Shown piece by piece: positions 1 through 11,832 of a stretch of 64,000 bases of DNA. The position numbers were made by a program, and so were the translations under genes. Every line of letters starts with the position of its first letter. Within the stretch, counting starts at the first letter, position 1. The notes under the pieces are model-generated. The model did not search any database. It was given only the letters and a program-made list of their open reading frames with translations, and was not told the DNA's origin. The DNA comes from Octopus vulgaris (lineage: Eukaryota): positions 4,836,001-4,900,000 of the forward strand of contig OX597824.1 of NCBI GenBank assembly GCA_951406725.2, read 5' to 3'.

Positions 1-1029
1 AAGGCTGTGTATGAGACTTTTGAAGACAACAAACCTATGGCAATTGTTAGCCTCAGACAAAAGTCAACAATTCATTCAATCACCTTTAGTATCTATACTG
101 ATTGGCAGTATGTATACATAATAGGTATGTATACATAATAGGTGGTCAAAAGGTACCACTTTTTGATCAACATATAGACATTCTCTTGTCTTTCTACAAA
201 CATTGTATGACAAAGAAACATTTCCAAGTTCAATTCTAGCTTTTATATGAAGTGGTGACACATGTCAAAGCTCTATGCTGTTTTATTATACAAGGCTATA
301 AAGACATTGGGAAAATGGGCTCCAAAAGGGGTTTCTCAGCAGCTTGAGAGTGGCTTCAGAGTTACTTAACAGTTAATCAGAATCCATTTATCTCTCCTTC
401 CCAAAATGCCAAGCAAATTTAACAGAAGGTTCATTACTAAAATAAAACCAAGTCTGTTCTTAGACACAACTTGTTTAAGATAATGGTACAAGCTTGAGAG
501 CCAGAAAATATTTTCTAGACTACCTATACAAAATGGGTTATAAATAAGTATGAGGCCTAACTATACAATGAGAATAAATATAATGAGATGTGATTCTATA
601 TGTTTATTTATATGTAACCCATGCTGTACTTCAGTAATTATAGACTATTAGGCAAGGTTGATACAGTTAATGCTCAGTTCCAACTTGTGAAGATGAATGG
701 TAGATTTGATGAGGAAGACCTGGAGAGGTGTTTATAGCACATAACCAAGGTTGGTTAGTGAGAAAAAGAGAAAACACAAGGGTATCAAATGGGTTTAACG
801 TGAATAAAAGACAGTATACAGGTGGTGTCTTCAAGCGAACAAATTCAGTTTTAGCAGTGATAGATCAAGGAATAGGTAATTGGTTAACTTATGATTACAG
901 AGTTTGCTTTTTAGTTTTGGAATCTATATATTTATATTATATTTTAAATTGAGCAAATAGCAATAACATTTTAAACAATTAAGAAATTCACATTATATTC
1001 TGAAATCAATTTTTTAACTAGTTGATTAA

Positions 1030-1308
1030 ACAAATGACTGCTTAAAATGGGTTAATAATTGCTTAAAATACATAAATGACTTATTAAACTTAGTTGATAA
1101 TTGCTTACAACAGGGAAATGAGCATTTAAACTGTCTAATAATTTTTTTAAATGAAGCTGTTGATTGCCTAAAACTACCCAATAATTGCTTATTGAAGGGT
1201 AGATGGATAATTAGATTGCATGATAATTGTTTACCAAAGGAAGACAATTCCTTGAAATTAGTTAATGATATAGATAAAAGCTTAAAATCTGCTTATAACA
1301 GAGCTTAG
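1030..1308 (+). repeat. Cryptic 21-bp-period repeat forming a 92-codon stop-free frame of heptads (N/D)(N/D)CLxxx
   Basis: Manual translation from 1030: TNDCLKWV NNCLKYI NDLLNLV DNCLQQG NEHLNCL IIFLNEA VDCLKLP NNCLLKG RWIIRLH DNCLPKE DNSLKLV NDIDKSL KSAYNRA*. No ATG; in-frame stop at 1027-1029 upstream. Confidence 0.7.
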
Positions 1309-1499
1309 AGTCTGATAATTACACTGAAGAAGACATGCATGATTTACATTTTATATAACTTCATATAAACAAACAGATTCAAAAACAACCAGTCATAAAT
1401 AAAAACTTATAAATAAGAACATGCTTTGATGCTGCCTTTCTTTATAATCATTCTTATCACCATTACCATCATCCTCAGCCAAAGCCGATATAATACAAA

Positions 1500-1860
1500 T
1501 TCTTCCAAATGGGTAAAAGTGATGGACTAAACATATTGTTGGTAGATAAACGGACAGATGAAGTAAAAGAAGTAGTCAGGGTATGTGACAAAATGATTAA
1601 GCTTAAAGTGGTCATGTGCAACTGGACAGCAACAGAGATCAATACATATGCACCACAATGAAAACTGACATATGACTAAAAAAGAAAAAACTGTATGAGA
1701 GTTCCTAATGGGCTAACTTTATAATAGAAGGCATTGACCTTGTTATTAAGGCAGGCGAATTTGAAGATGATGGCTTCTTTGGTGTAGATTGAGACATTGG
1801 AGAAGGTACAAGGACTAAAAAAAGGATCAAGACTTTTGAGCTTCTATAATGCAGCTGATC
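1500..1860 (+). mobile_element. RTE-clade LINE fragment, APE endonuclease region, decayed
   Basis: Translates as GLNILLVDKRTDEVKEVVRVCDKMIKLKVV...INTYAPQ*, matching the RTE APE pattern VxEVxRVSDRxxxLK...SAYAPQ. Homologous to 61040-61160. Confidence 0.75.
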
Positions 1861-1865
1861 GAAGC

Positions 1866-2100
1866 AGCATCATTTTACATCCATTTTACCATGCTTGCAT
1901 GCATTAGACAGGTCTCTTCTACAGCACACTATCCCACCACTTGTTGCTGTCCCTTGTAATCTTCTTCATCATGTTGTTTAGTTCCCTGAGTTTGGCTTTC
2001 ACCATTTTGTCCAATGGCTTCAATGATCTCCCACTTATGCAGATTCTTTCTAACCAGATCACTTAGAACTTCTTCATGCAATTGTCATCTCGCATAAACA
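1866..2100 (-). mobile_element. RTE LINE 3' end fragment
   Basis: catccattttaccatgcttgcatg is the reverse complement of the RTE tail also seen at 63565-63618. Confidence 0.5.
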
Positions 2101-3139
2101 TCGTAAAGTCTGATCCAGCTCAGTTTTCTCCCCCGAGTGCAACATCTACTTCTTTTTATTCCCTGGTTTACTTTCAGTTCATTCCCCAAAGTACACACAA
2201 ACATTAGTCATTCAGAAAATGGTGCTTGTCTCATTTCTTTTCATGTTTTACTACCATCCAACATCACACTTCATTTGCATGCATCACACAAGCCACTCTT
2301 TACTCAGACAGAGAATGCTTTTGCTGCTAGAAGTGAAAGAGCTTCTTGTTCTTCTTTCCTACGTCTTTCTTGAAGCAGCCTTGCAACAGTACAACACTGT
2401 GACTCTGGTGCTATGCTTCTTAATACAAAACCAGGAAATTTCAGTCAACCAATCAAAAGTGGTTGGGTACTACTCACACACACACACACACAAAGCACAT
2501 ACATATACACACAACACACACACTCACATACAAATGTATATATGTATGCATGTAAATTATATATCTGGCAGTATGAGGCTCTTGAGAAGAGCTGCCCACC
2601 ACAGCAAAACTGGAAATGCTGTGTGTTCAACCCATAAGTTTTTTTACACACCCTACCCTAACAAACTGAACTACATCACCTCTTCCTCACATTTCCTCTT
2701 TTCCATGCACTTTGTTTATCTCTCCCTCTGCACTCCTGCAGACCAATCCAGTCCTCTCTGCCCTGCCAACTGTACCATTGTTATCCTGTTGTTCCCACTC
2801 TATATATCCAGGTTTCACCAGACACTGTATTCCCCTCCACCCCGTTTTGCATTCATGTGAACTCCTTACTCATGCACCCTTGGCAATGCTCTACCATTCC
2901 ATTTATATTCTCACCCCTGCACCTTGGCAGCATGCCCTGACATATTGCCACCATCTCTCTTCTTGCTCTCTCTCTCTCCTTTGCTCTTACTTTCTCCCTC
3001 CAACTGGGGTAGCCATGCTTCAAGACACCTGTTTCTGTCCCTCAGTCATATTCTTATCTCTCATTGCCTGGCACACAGCCACCTCTTTCAATACCACCAT
3101 CCCTCTCAAAGGATCTTTTTCTTGCAAGTTACTTGGTAA

Positions 3140-3320
3140 CCTTGCCAGTGCTGGTGCCACATAAAAAGCACTCAGTCTACTCTGTAAAGTGGTTAGCATA
3201 AGAGTGTCCAGCCATAAAAACCATATAAAACAACGGAGCTTGATGTAGTCCTCTGGCTTGCCAGCTCCTATCAAACCATCCAACTCATGCCAGCATGGAA
3301 GACGAACATTAAATGAAGAT
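3140..3320 (+). mobile_element. RTE-type 3' UTR/tail fragment
   Basis: ggtgccacataaaaagcac...ccatccaactcatgccagcatggaagacgaacattaaatga, same family as 38445-38892 and 53338-53930. Confidence 0.7.
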
Positions 3321-3489
3321 TATATCCATCTGTGAGCATCTGTCAGTCTCGTGAGGCCATGGATCTGCACCTGGAGAATTTGTATCAGCTGTGTGTGTGT
3401 ATGTGAATGCGTGTACATCTATGTGCATGTGTATGTGTGTGTATCCATATTTAGGTGTATATATATATGTGTGTGTATATACCTGTGTA

Positions 3490-4387
3490 CAAGGGGGTAC
3501 CCAAAAATAACCAGAAACATCCTTAGTGTGACAAACCCATTGCAGTTCAGGTTTCTGTTGCTAGAAGCCACTTGATGCAACCCTCAGGCAGCAATCTACT
3601 GGCTGGCGTCGTCGGGTGAAGTCATACTGCCATGTGGTGCCTCTTTGCTTTGCAGTGCCTCTCCCCTATTTGCCAATTTTTGCAATCGCTGAAATGAAGG
3701 AACAACATGCTTCCATGAAATTCTGTTTTCTGCTAGGAAAAACCGTGGCTGAAATGGTTATCATGCTTCAAACAGCTTACAAGGGCACTGCCGTGAGCAA
3801 AATACAAGTTTACTAGTGGTTTAGGAATGGTCACTTGTTACTTGAAGACGAACCTCGTTCAGGATGACCGTCAACCTCCCAAACGAATGAAAACATCATG
3901 GAAATTCATGAACTGATCTTGGAGGGCCATCACCAAACAATTAACGAACTTGTTGGTGTGACTGGTATGTCCTGGAGCTCCTACCAACGAATTTTGAGTG
4001 AGTAATTGCAGATGAAAAGAGTTGCAGCAAAATTTGAACCTCACTTGCTCACGTAAGATCAAAACCAGTCATGACTGAATGTATGTTGAGAACTGAAAGA
4101 ACAGTTGAAAGTCAATCCAGAGCTTTTTTTGAAGGTCATCACTGGTGACGAAATCTAGTGCTATGGAATTTGCAGATGTGGATGCAGTGACAAAAAAATG
4201 ACAGAGGCATTAATAGGCATCACTTGGCAAGAGTTCCATCACTGCTTCAAACAGTGGAAAACATGCCTGGACTGATGCATCGCTTCAAATGGAGAATACT
4301 TTGAAGGTGATAAAAGTGTAAACATGTAAAACTAAATGAATTAAATAATATTGCAAAATTCCAGTTTCCTTTGGGTAGTCCCTCCTC
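3490..4387 (+). mobile_element. Mariner-like DNA transposon, internally deleted, pseudogenised transposase
   Basis: TA at 3488-3489, then TIR caagggggtacccaaaaataaccagaa with an imperfect inverted copy at about 4359-4387. Translation MKEQHASMKFCFLLGKT...EDEPRSG*PST...KRVAAKFEPHLLT...KVITGDEI*CYG jumps directly to FADV...CIASNGEYFEGD. Many stops. Confidence 0.9.
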
Positions 4388-4792
4388 TATGTATGTACAT
4401 GCACATGTCTATATATATATGTAAGTATGTATATGGAATCTGTTGCAGCTCTCCAGCTTACCAGTTATATATATATATATATATATATTAAAGTAACAAA
4501 ATAAGGAATTTATTATAAATAAATAAATTATTGGATTGTCGATTGAATCACAGCGACAGGAAGAGCACATGGCCATAGAAAAATCTGCCTCAAGAAACTC
4601 TGTCTGACCCATATCGACATGGAAAAGTGGCTATTAAGATGATGATGGTGGTGGTGGTGGTGATGATGATATACATATTTTCTTGTATCTTAGAAAGGTC
4701 CTTATGCCAATAATAAACACACACACTGGTTCAATTTCACTTCTTTATGAATTAGCAATTGGTCAACTATTTAACTAACTAAAATATTTTTC

Positions 4793-5004
4793 CTGCTCTA
4801 GGCACAAGGCCCGAAACTTTGGGGGAGTGGGGAGGCCAGTCAATTAGATCGACCCAGTATGCAACTGGTACTTAATTTATCGACCCCAAAAGGATGGAAG
4901 GTAAAGTCAACCTCGGTGGAATTTGAACTCAGAATGTAAAGACAGACGACATACCACTAAGCATTTTGCCCAAAATGCAAATGTTTCTGGCAGCTCGCCG
5001 CCTT
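4793..5004 (-). mobile_element. tRNA-derived SINE, family A (central domain resembling MetaSINE)
   Basis: Minus strand ggcggcgagctg...gagttcaaattcc (B box)...ttccatccttttggggtcgataaattaagtaccag. Many copies in this window. Confidence 0.85.
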
Positions 5005-5934
5005 TAAACTAACTAATATATCAACCATTCAGTCAATCAGTCAGCTGTGTTTCTCAAAGCCCTTTCATCACCATTTGTGACCTCTTTAATAACATGACCT
5101 TTACACTTCAGGTCAGCTTCAAGTCTGCCCATACTTTATTTTAGAGTCAATATTTATGTAGTTGTATGGATGGGAGTGGGAATGTGAGAGGGGAGGGAGA
5201 GTGTGTGCATGGGAATGTGCATTCTGGAGTGTGTGTGTGTGTGTGTGTGTGTGTTTTTATGTGGTGTAGTTGGTTCTGTAGTGCATTAAACAGCAAAAGG
5301 GGACTTTACTCTCATGACTGGAAAGTGTCCCTTGATCCAAAGAATAAGTTAAAATGTAGAGAGCACACCATCACTGCCCCCAACACCACACTGGGTTATG
5401 AAACACACAGCTAGGATGAGTATGTAGGTCTATTTGCTTTATGTTCTTTAAACTGCGATACAACCCATATAATTCCATAAAAAAGTAACACAGCTGGAGA
5501 GTATACACACACAGACACACCAATTCCCACACATGCACACACCATCCAGTGCCATTCAAGAATTTGGACCTGGAGATCTCCATTTCCAGCGACTTCGAGG
5601 GCCACCTCCCAGTGGTGTCGGGTGTCAACGAAGAACCCTCAACTACAACAAGATGACCAAAGTTTTTTTTTCCAAGGCCTGGAGTCTCCCGCCCCAAAGC
5701 CCTAGACCATCACCTAACCACCCTTACCCGTTTTGTTGCTTAACAACAACAACAACAACAACAACAACACCATCCAGTCAAAAAGACGGGACTAAGGGAT
5801 AAATGATACAAAAGAAAAACTTCTTACCACTCACACCCATGAATGCATGTGTGCAGGCACACATACGCAAGTAGACACACAAATTCATGTTCTCTATAAT
5901 GTGTGTACTCACACAACCAAATATACCACACACT

Positions 5935-5994
5935 GAATGTAACAATGAATTTAATGTGCAGGTAGGAGTCCATCAGGACTCAGTTTTCAGCTCC
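5935..5994 (+). mobile_element. RTE reverse transcriptase micro-fragment
   Basis: NNEFNVQVGVHQDSVFS matches RT motif VGVHQGSVLSP; also seen at 32255-32305. Confidence 0.65.
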
Positions 5995-6215
5995 CGGCGG
6001 CAAGCTGGCAGAAGCTCTAGCACGCCGGGTGAAATGCGTAGCCGTATTTTGTCTGCCGCTACATTGTGAGTTCAAATTCCGCCGAGGCCAACTTTGCCTT
6101 TCATCCTTTCGGGGTCGATAAATTAAGTACCAGTTACTCACTGTAATCGACTTTATCCCTTTGTCTGTCCTTGTTTGTCCCCTCTATGTTTAGCCCCTTG
6201 TGGGCAATAAAGAAA
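5995..6215 (+). mobile_element. tRNA-derived SINE, family A, well preserved
   Basis: ggcggcaagctggcagaa (A box region), gagttcaaattcc (B box), gcctttcatcctttcggggtcgataaattaagtaccag, ending in aataaagaaa. Confidence 0.9.
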
Positions 6216-6300
6216 TATCTTATTTATGTGGAGAGCTAGCTCACCATATTTAATCGTTCCATCTTTGAACTTCTCTGCACTACAATCTGAAATGTAAGGT

Positions 6301-6430
6301 CTTGTCTACCCTGAAGATGGAGGCTCATACCATTCAATGTTAACTCCATCCATACGCCTGAATATTGTGATTAACTAAATCTCCTAACATTATTATGGGT
6401 CGCTGGGCTTCCAGAAACTGCGGTTGGACT
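6301..6430 (+). ncRNA. Penelope-type minimal hammerhead ribozyme relic (core intact, stem I degenerate)
   Basis: CTGAAGA 6311-6317. Stem II tggaggctca (6318-6327) pairs with tgggcttcca (6404-6413). GAAA 6414-6417, near-palindromic ctgcgg, then TT. Only 2 bp of stem I are evident. Confidence 0.5.
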
Positions 6431-6649
6431 TATGACCCCTTTCTTCCACCCCTTTAGTTTTCTCTGTCATTTGTACTCTGTGTAAGTTGAACCCATTAAT
6501 ATAAATATCTATTTGTTTATACTTAAATGTTCATCATCTGAAAGTCTCCACATTTTGCCTTCTCTCATTTTGCAGGTAATCTTATATACATATTTTATAT
6601 TTAATATATTTGATAGGTCTAATTTGTTTAGCCACATAATTGCGTGTAT

Positions 6650-6670
6650 GTATATACATATATACACAAG

Positions 6671-6701
<31 letters not shown>

Positions 6702-6703
6702 GG

Positions 6704-6792
<89 letters not shown>
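6650..6792. repeat. Compound (TA)n/(TG)n microsatellite
   Basis: Directly visible; source of the YI/HT/VC ORFs in the track. Confidence 0.95.
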
Positions 6793-6794
<2 letters not shown>

Positions 6795-6809
6795 AGAAAC
6801 AATGAATAG

Positions 6810-7055
6810 GAAAGCAATTGTCATCAATTTTAGAACATGGAATTTATAATTTAAACATAAATGTAGAGCTGTTACAACAGAGTTGTTGAGGTAGAATGTA
6901 TCATATAAATAAGGGAGTAAGAAGGTGTACACAGTTTCTTACAGCTGTTTCTAAAATAACTGCACATATGTTGCTTTCCTCTAATAAGGATCTTCCTCAG
7001 TTTTTCCTCTCTGAAAATGGAAGTCGTCTATTACATGGACAACTTATCTTCATTT
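6810..7055 (-). mobile_element. Probable Penelope-like pLTR relic with degenerate hammerhead
   Basis: Minus strand shows GAAAcagctgTA (palindromic stem III) at about 6939-6950, with a degenerate (c)TGAAGA near 7046-7052. Stems I and II are poor. Confidence 0.35.
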
Positions 7056-8022
7056 GCATGACAGTCTTTGAGAAAGAAGGAAAAACCTCCTTGTCAAAAC
7101 AAAAATCCCGAAGAAAACCAAAACTTTCAGATAGGGACTGTTGGACTCTTACACAAATTGATAGAAAGGATCACAAAAGTACAGCTTCCAAAATTACTGC
7201 AGAGCTTAATGACCACCTTGAGGACCCAGTTTCCACAAAATCTGTTTGCCAGGAGCTGCACGAAGTCGGATTTCAAGGGGAGGGCTACAATCAGAAAACC
7301 ACTACTTTCAAAAACAAACGTTGCAAAGTGTTTAGAGTAGAGTAAAAACCTACAGAATTGGTCCCTAGAGCAGTGGAAGAATGTTATTTTCTCAGACAAG
7401 TCATCCTTTACCTTATTTCTGACCACCGGCCGAGCATACGTATGGAGACAACCAAAAGAAGCATTTGACCCAGAGTGCCTTCTTCCAGCTGTTAAACATG
7501 GAGGAGGATCTGTGTTGATCTGGGGGGCTATGTCTTGGAAATCCACTAGCCCAATGGTTTCCCTTCATGCCAGAATTAATAGTCAAGACTATTTAAGCAT
7601 TTTATCTAACCAAATTCATCCTATGGTCGCAGAACTGTTTCTGGGGAGAAATGCAATCTTTCAGGATGATAATGCACCAATTCACACAGCTAAAGTTGTT
7701 ACTGAATGGCACAAGGAACATTCTTGTGAAGTTGAACATCTTATCTGGCCACCACAGTCCCCAGATCTCAATATTATTGAATATTTATGGTGCATTTTAG
7801 AAAAACAAATGAGTCGATATCCTCCACTGTCAACACTACAAAAACTGGAGACTGTTTTAGCTGAAGAATGGACAAAAATTCCTTTGGAAACAATGCAAAC
7901 TTTGTATGAGTCCATACCTCATAGAATTCAAGCTGTAATTACTGCCAAGGGTGGTCCTACTCCATATTAAAATAAATTTATTTGAAATTTCAAGGTGTTT
8001 CTATTATTTTGTCCAACCCCTG
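7056..8022 (+). mobile_element. Tc1-like transposon, 5'-truncated, DD36E catalytic spacing
   Basis: HTH region RKPKLSDRD...ITAELN; WKNVIFSDKSSF (first D); FQDDNAPIH...WPPQSPDLNIIE with 36 residues between D and E; C-terminus AVITAKGGPTPY. 3' TIR ggtgtttctattattttgtccaacccctg followed by TA. Frameshift at about 7280 and stop at 7338. Confidence 0.92.
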
Positions 8023-8031
8023 TACATATAT

Positions 8032-8108
<77 letters not shown>

Positions 8109-8115
8109 TATATAC

Positions 8116-8154
<39 letters not shown>

Positions 8155-8155
<1 letters not shown>

Positions 8156-8320
8156 GCACAGGAGTGGCTGTGTTGTAAGAAACTTGCTTCCCAACCACAT
8201 GGTTCCAGGTTCAGTCCCATTGCATGGCACTTTGGGCAAGTGTCTTCTACTACTGCCTCGGGCCAACCAAAGCTTTGTGGGTGGATTTGGTAGATGGAAA
8301 TCTGAAAGAAGCCTGTTGTG

Positions 8321-8376
<56 letters not shown>

Positions 8377-8590
8377 TGCATTTGTGTGTCTGTGTTTGTC
8401 CCTCCAACATCGCTTGACAACCAGTGTTGGTGTATTTACATCTCTGTAACATAGCAGTTTGGCATAAGAGATTGATAGAATAAGCACTAGGCTTACAAAG
8501 AATAAGTGCTGGCTTGGTTTGTTCGACTAAAGGCAGTGGTCCAGCATAGCCACAGTCATCTGACTGAAACAAGTGAAAAAATAAAAGAAT
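8155..8590 (+). mobile_element. tRNA-derived SINE, family B (CORE-like ccttgggcaagt, internal microsatellite, CR1-like tail)
   Basis: A box tggctgtgttg, B box ggttcagtcc, tttgggcaagtgtcttc, tail ccagcatagccacagtcatctgactgaaac. Confidence 0.88.
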
Positions 8591-9829
8591 ATATATATAT
8601 ATATATCATGTGTAAGTATATATAAGTGAATGCATATAAATGTTTTTTTCTTAAATCCTTATACACTCTACACACTCCTTGTTATACAAATCTTAAGTAT
8701 TTATGTTAGGTAAAAAAAACCCTTCTCAATGAATCAGGGCTCATTTAATTACTCTGTTGTTTAAATTACATTTCTTCATCTGAAATATTAACATTTTTAA
8801 AGCTTATTTAGGCTTCCCTTGATTTAGTTATCCGATATCAAACTACATGCAGTAAATAGTACCAATTCTATGATTGGTCAGTTGAGACACTAATTAAAAT
8901 CTTCAGTCTGGAAGTCTATCTGAAAACAATATGGCTTATTGATGTTTTCTTTCCTTGTTTTATCTTTTGAACAGATTACGTTTGTTGAATTAGTAATCTA
9001 ATTTAATCAATCATAGCCATTCTCCTCAAAAATGGAGAAAATTTACAACATTAATAGGTGTACACTTCTTGAAGCATATACGCATGTGTTTGACTCTTTG
9101 AATAAACCACTTCACTGGTGAAGAAAAAAATTTCATACAAGTAAAAGACAAACAAATAAATGAAATAATTGGTCATCAATTAATCAAATTGTTTATATCT
9201 ACTTTACTTGTTTTGGAAATAAAATGGTTTGATAAAACTGGAGAACTAAGTAAAAAATAAGATCGAAAATATATGATATTAATAAACAGATGGTTTTGAA
9301 TATAAAGGGAAATAGGAAAATATGCAAATGAAATGGAGGTCAACGACTTTTCAAAAAGGTAAATTGATAATATTCACTGAGCCCAAGCGAGAAACAAACA
9401 GGTATATTAATGTTCAGAATCTATGTTTTAATGAAAGAACTATCATCATTAATTTTGTTCAGCTCATCTCTCAAAACATTTCTTAATGAGAGATAAATGT
9501 AAAAATTATTTTGAAAGCATACATTGGTGTGTTTATGTTTCACACGTATATAAATATACACTCATAAAAATACACTATCAAGAGATACATGTGTGTTTGC
9601 AAACACTGGTGCACACAAACACACGTGTGTGTGTGTGTGTGTGTGTGTCAGTTCTCTCTTTATTGTGATTGCTGTTTGTACATATTTGTTTGTCAGTTTC
9701 TAAGCATTCATTTGTATAAATGTACAAGTGTGAAAGACTGTGCATAAGTATTTGTGAATATACAAGTGTATAACTGTACATTTATGTTAGTAATATGTTA
9801 GTAGTATGTATATAGGACTGTGAATGCTA

Positions 9830-10030
9830 TCGTTTAGCCCTAAGTCAGTCTGACTGAACAGATGTGTGATTAAAGGCATTCCACTCATGACCATCCAATC
9901 TTTTTGTATAACTAACACTACATTATCAATATGTCCTTCCTCCTTTTAAGACATTAAGGTGTAAGTTAATGGTTATTTGGCTGCTATATCTAGTGGATGA
10001 AGTGACCACACAGTGACTTCATCTTTGGCT
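9830..10030 (-). repeat. Unclassified interspersed repeat of about 200 bp (family C)
   Basis: Shares ggctgctatatctagtgg...gtgaccac and ggcattccactcatgaccatcc with 18893-19085, 42770-42953 and 59160-59347, and in opposite orientation with 45990-46183. Confidence 0.65.
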
Positions 10031-10139
10031 TGTAAATGAGTATGTCTGTTAACACAATGTATTTCTTGCCTTTCTGTAAGTCAAGGAGGGGCAACACTAA
10101 TAGTTATTTAATGACCTCCTAACTACATTGGATAACTAA

Positions 10140-10335
10140 CAGAGGACAACTGCAGACAGAACGGTAACATGGAATGAAATGTCTTGCAGTATTTCATACA
10201 TTTCATCTCTCTACATTCTCAGTTGAAATCTTACTGGGTCTGACTTTGTGTTTTCATCTCTTCGCAGTCGATAAAAATACATACCAGTAATACACCCTTT
10301 CCCTACATAAGCAGACTTTATGTCAAGTAAAAAAC
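10140..10335 (+). mobile_element. Degenerate family A SINE
   Basis: gactttgtgttttcatctcttcgcagtcgataaaaatacataccag central domain. A second degenerate copy lies at about 10556-10740. Confidence 0.55.
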
Positions 10336-11268
10336 ACTATTTGGTTTAAAATAAGGTGGAGATGGATAATGAATGAGTTCCAGGGGGATCTGATTCTGAA
10401 AAAGATGCATGTTCATTTGTTCCCTTATTAATGCATATTTTGTACATCTGTCTATGCATATTTGACCAAATATATCTCCTGTGTCCTGAGTCTGTCATTT
10501 TTTGTATATATGCGAATACCAATATGTTTATGTGTAGATATTGCTATATCACTAAAGGCAGAGAATTATCAGGAATTATCACGTTGAAATGATATGCCCT
10601 GCGATATCTTGACAACATGTCGAGTTCTAATTACACCTGGTTTATTTATCTCTGTATTGATAAAATGTTATAGACTGACGTTAAATTGACATCCGCCCCA
10701 CCCCAGGTAAATATGTGGCCTCATACTAATGTGAGGAACTATTGTCTGCATGTTATATATATTTGTGTACATAACTACTCAGTTAGCCTCTGTGTGTGTG
10801 CAAGAATACAAATATGTGTGGGTAAAAGTGTGTATGCAAAAAAGCGTTTTGCTTTTGCTCTTTTTATTCACTCTCAGGCTAAGTGCATGTACACTTCATA
10901 TAAACATATAAGGGAATGCTGGTGTCGGTTATTTTCTCTGTGTGACTACCTTTATCAGTGCAGGCTTTTATCTATGTTAGCATATTTACATAATTGAGTG
11001 TCTTTTAAATTTATTAGTGTGTATATTTTCTTGATAATGTGTGCACACATGCATGCTAATGCTTACGGTCTTCTGTTTGCAAATTCAAGTATGTTTGTGT
11101 ATGTGTATCTGCGTACATGTGCACCTAAAAATAATGCGCGCGTGTGCGCGCGCAAGTTAATTTGCACACTCGCATTTCTGTATCGTGTTGTTTGTTTTGT
11201 GTGCATCCAAGCGCACACACATATATAACTTCATTTTTATGTTTATATACATGTTATGAATACATGTG

Positions 11269-11329
<61 letters not shown>

Positions 11330-11342
11330 GTTTGTGTAGGTA

Positions 11343-11381
<39 letters not shown>

Positions 11382-11826
11382 CTGCATGTTTTTATGCTCC
11401 AGTAACATAGCTGTACATTATAAGCATGTCTGATTGCATGCATTTCTCTCTTAGTGTGTATATATAAATATTACAATATATAATCATATACGTATGTTTG
11501 TTTGCAAGCATCTGATTTCATGTGTACGTGTGTTTGGATTTCAGATCAATAAGCAGTAAGGAAAACACGTTTCTTGTCTCGGGACAGTTTTGTCTCGTTA
11601 TAGACAGGTTATTTATGCACTGTCAATTACAATATCAAATGATAATTAATAGAATATGGCACAGAAGAGGAATATTTTCACATCAGAAATATATAAAAAA
11701 AATTTTTTTAAATTGAATAAATTTGTATTTTGGGTACATACACACACACACACAATTCTTTATATCAGAAGGAAGCTTCAGTTAAATGACAAGAAAAAGA
11801 AAATGGGAAATTGAAATAGTCATACC

Positions 11827-11832
11827 TTTATT
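11827..11832 (-). terminator. Candidate polyadenylation signal AATAAA of the minus-strand host gene
   Basis: tttatt on +, at the end of about 700 bp of largely repeat-free, U-rich (on minus) sequence following the terminal exon, with T-rich sequence downstream. Confidence 0.5.

Noticed and set aside
5533-5802. GC-richer 89-aa ORF
   Set aside because: No recognisable motif or splice support, and it runs into (ACA)n; origin unknown.
5995-6085. tRNA gene
   Set aside because: The A/B boxes belong to SINE heads; there is no cloverleaf and SINE body follows.
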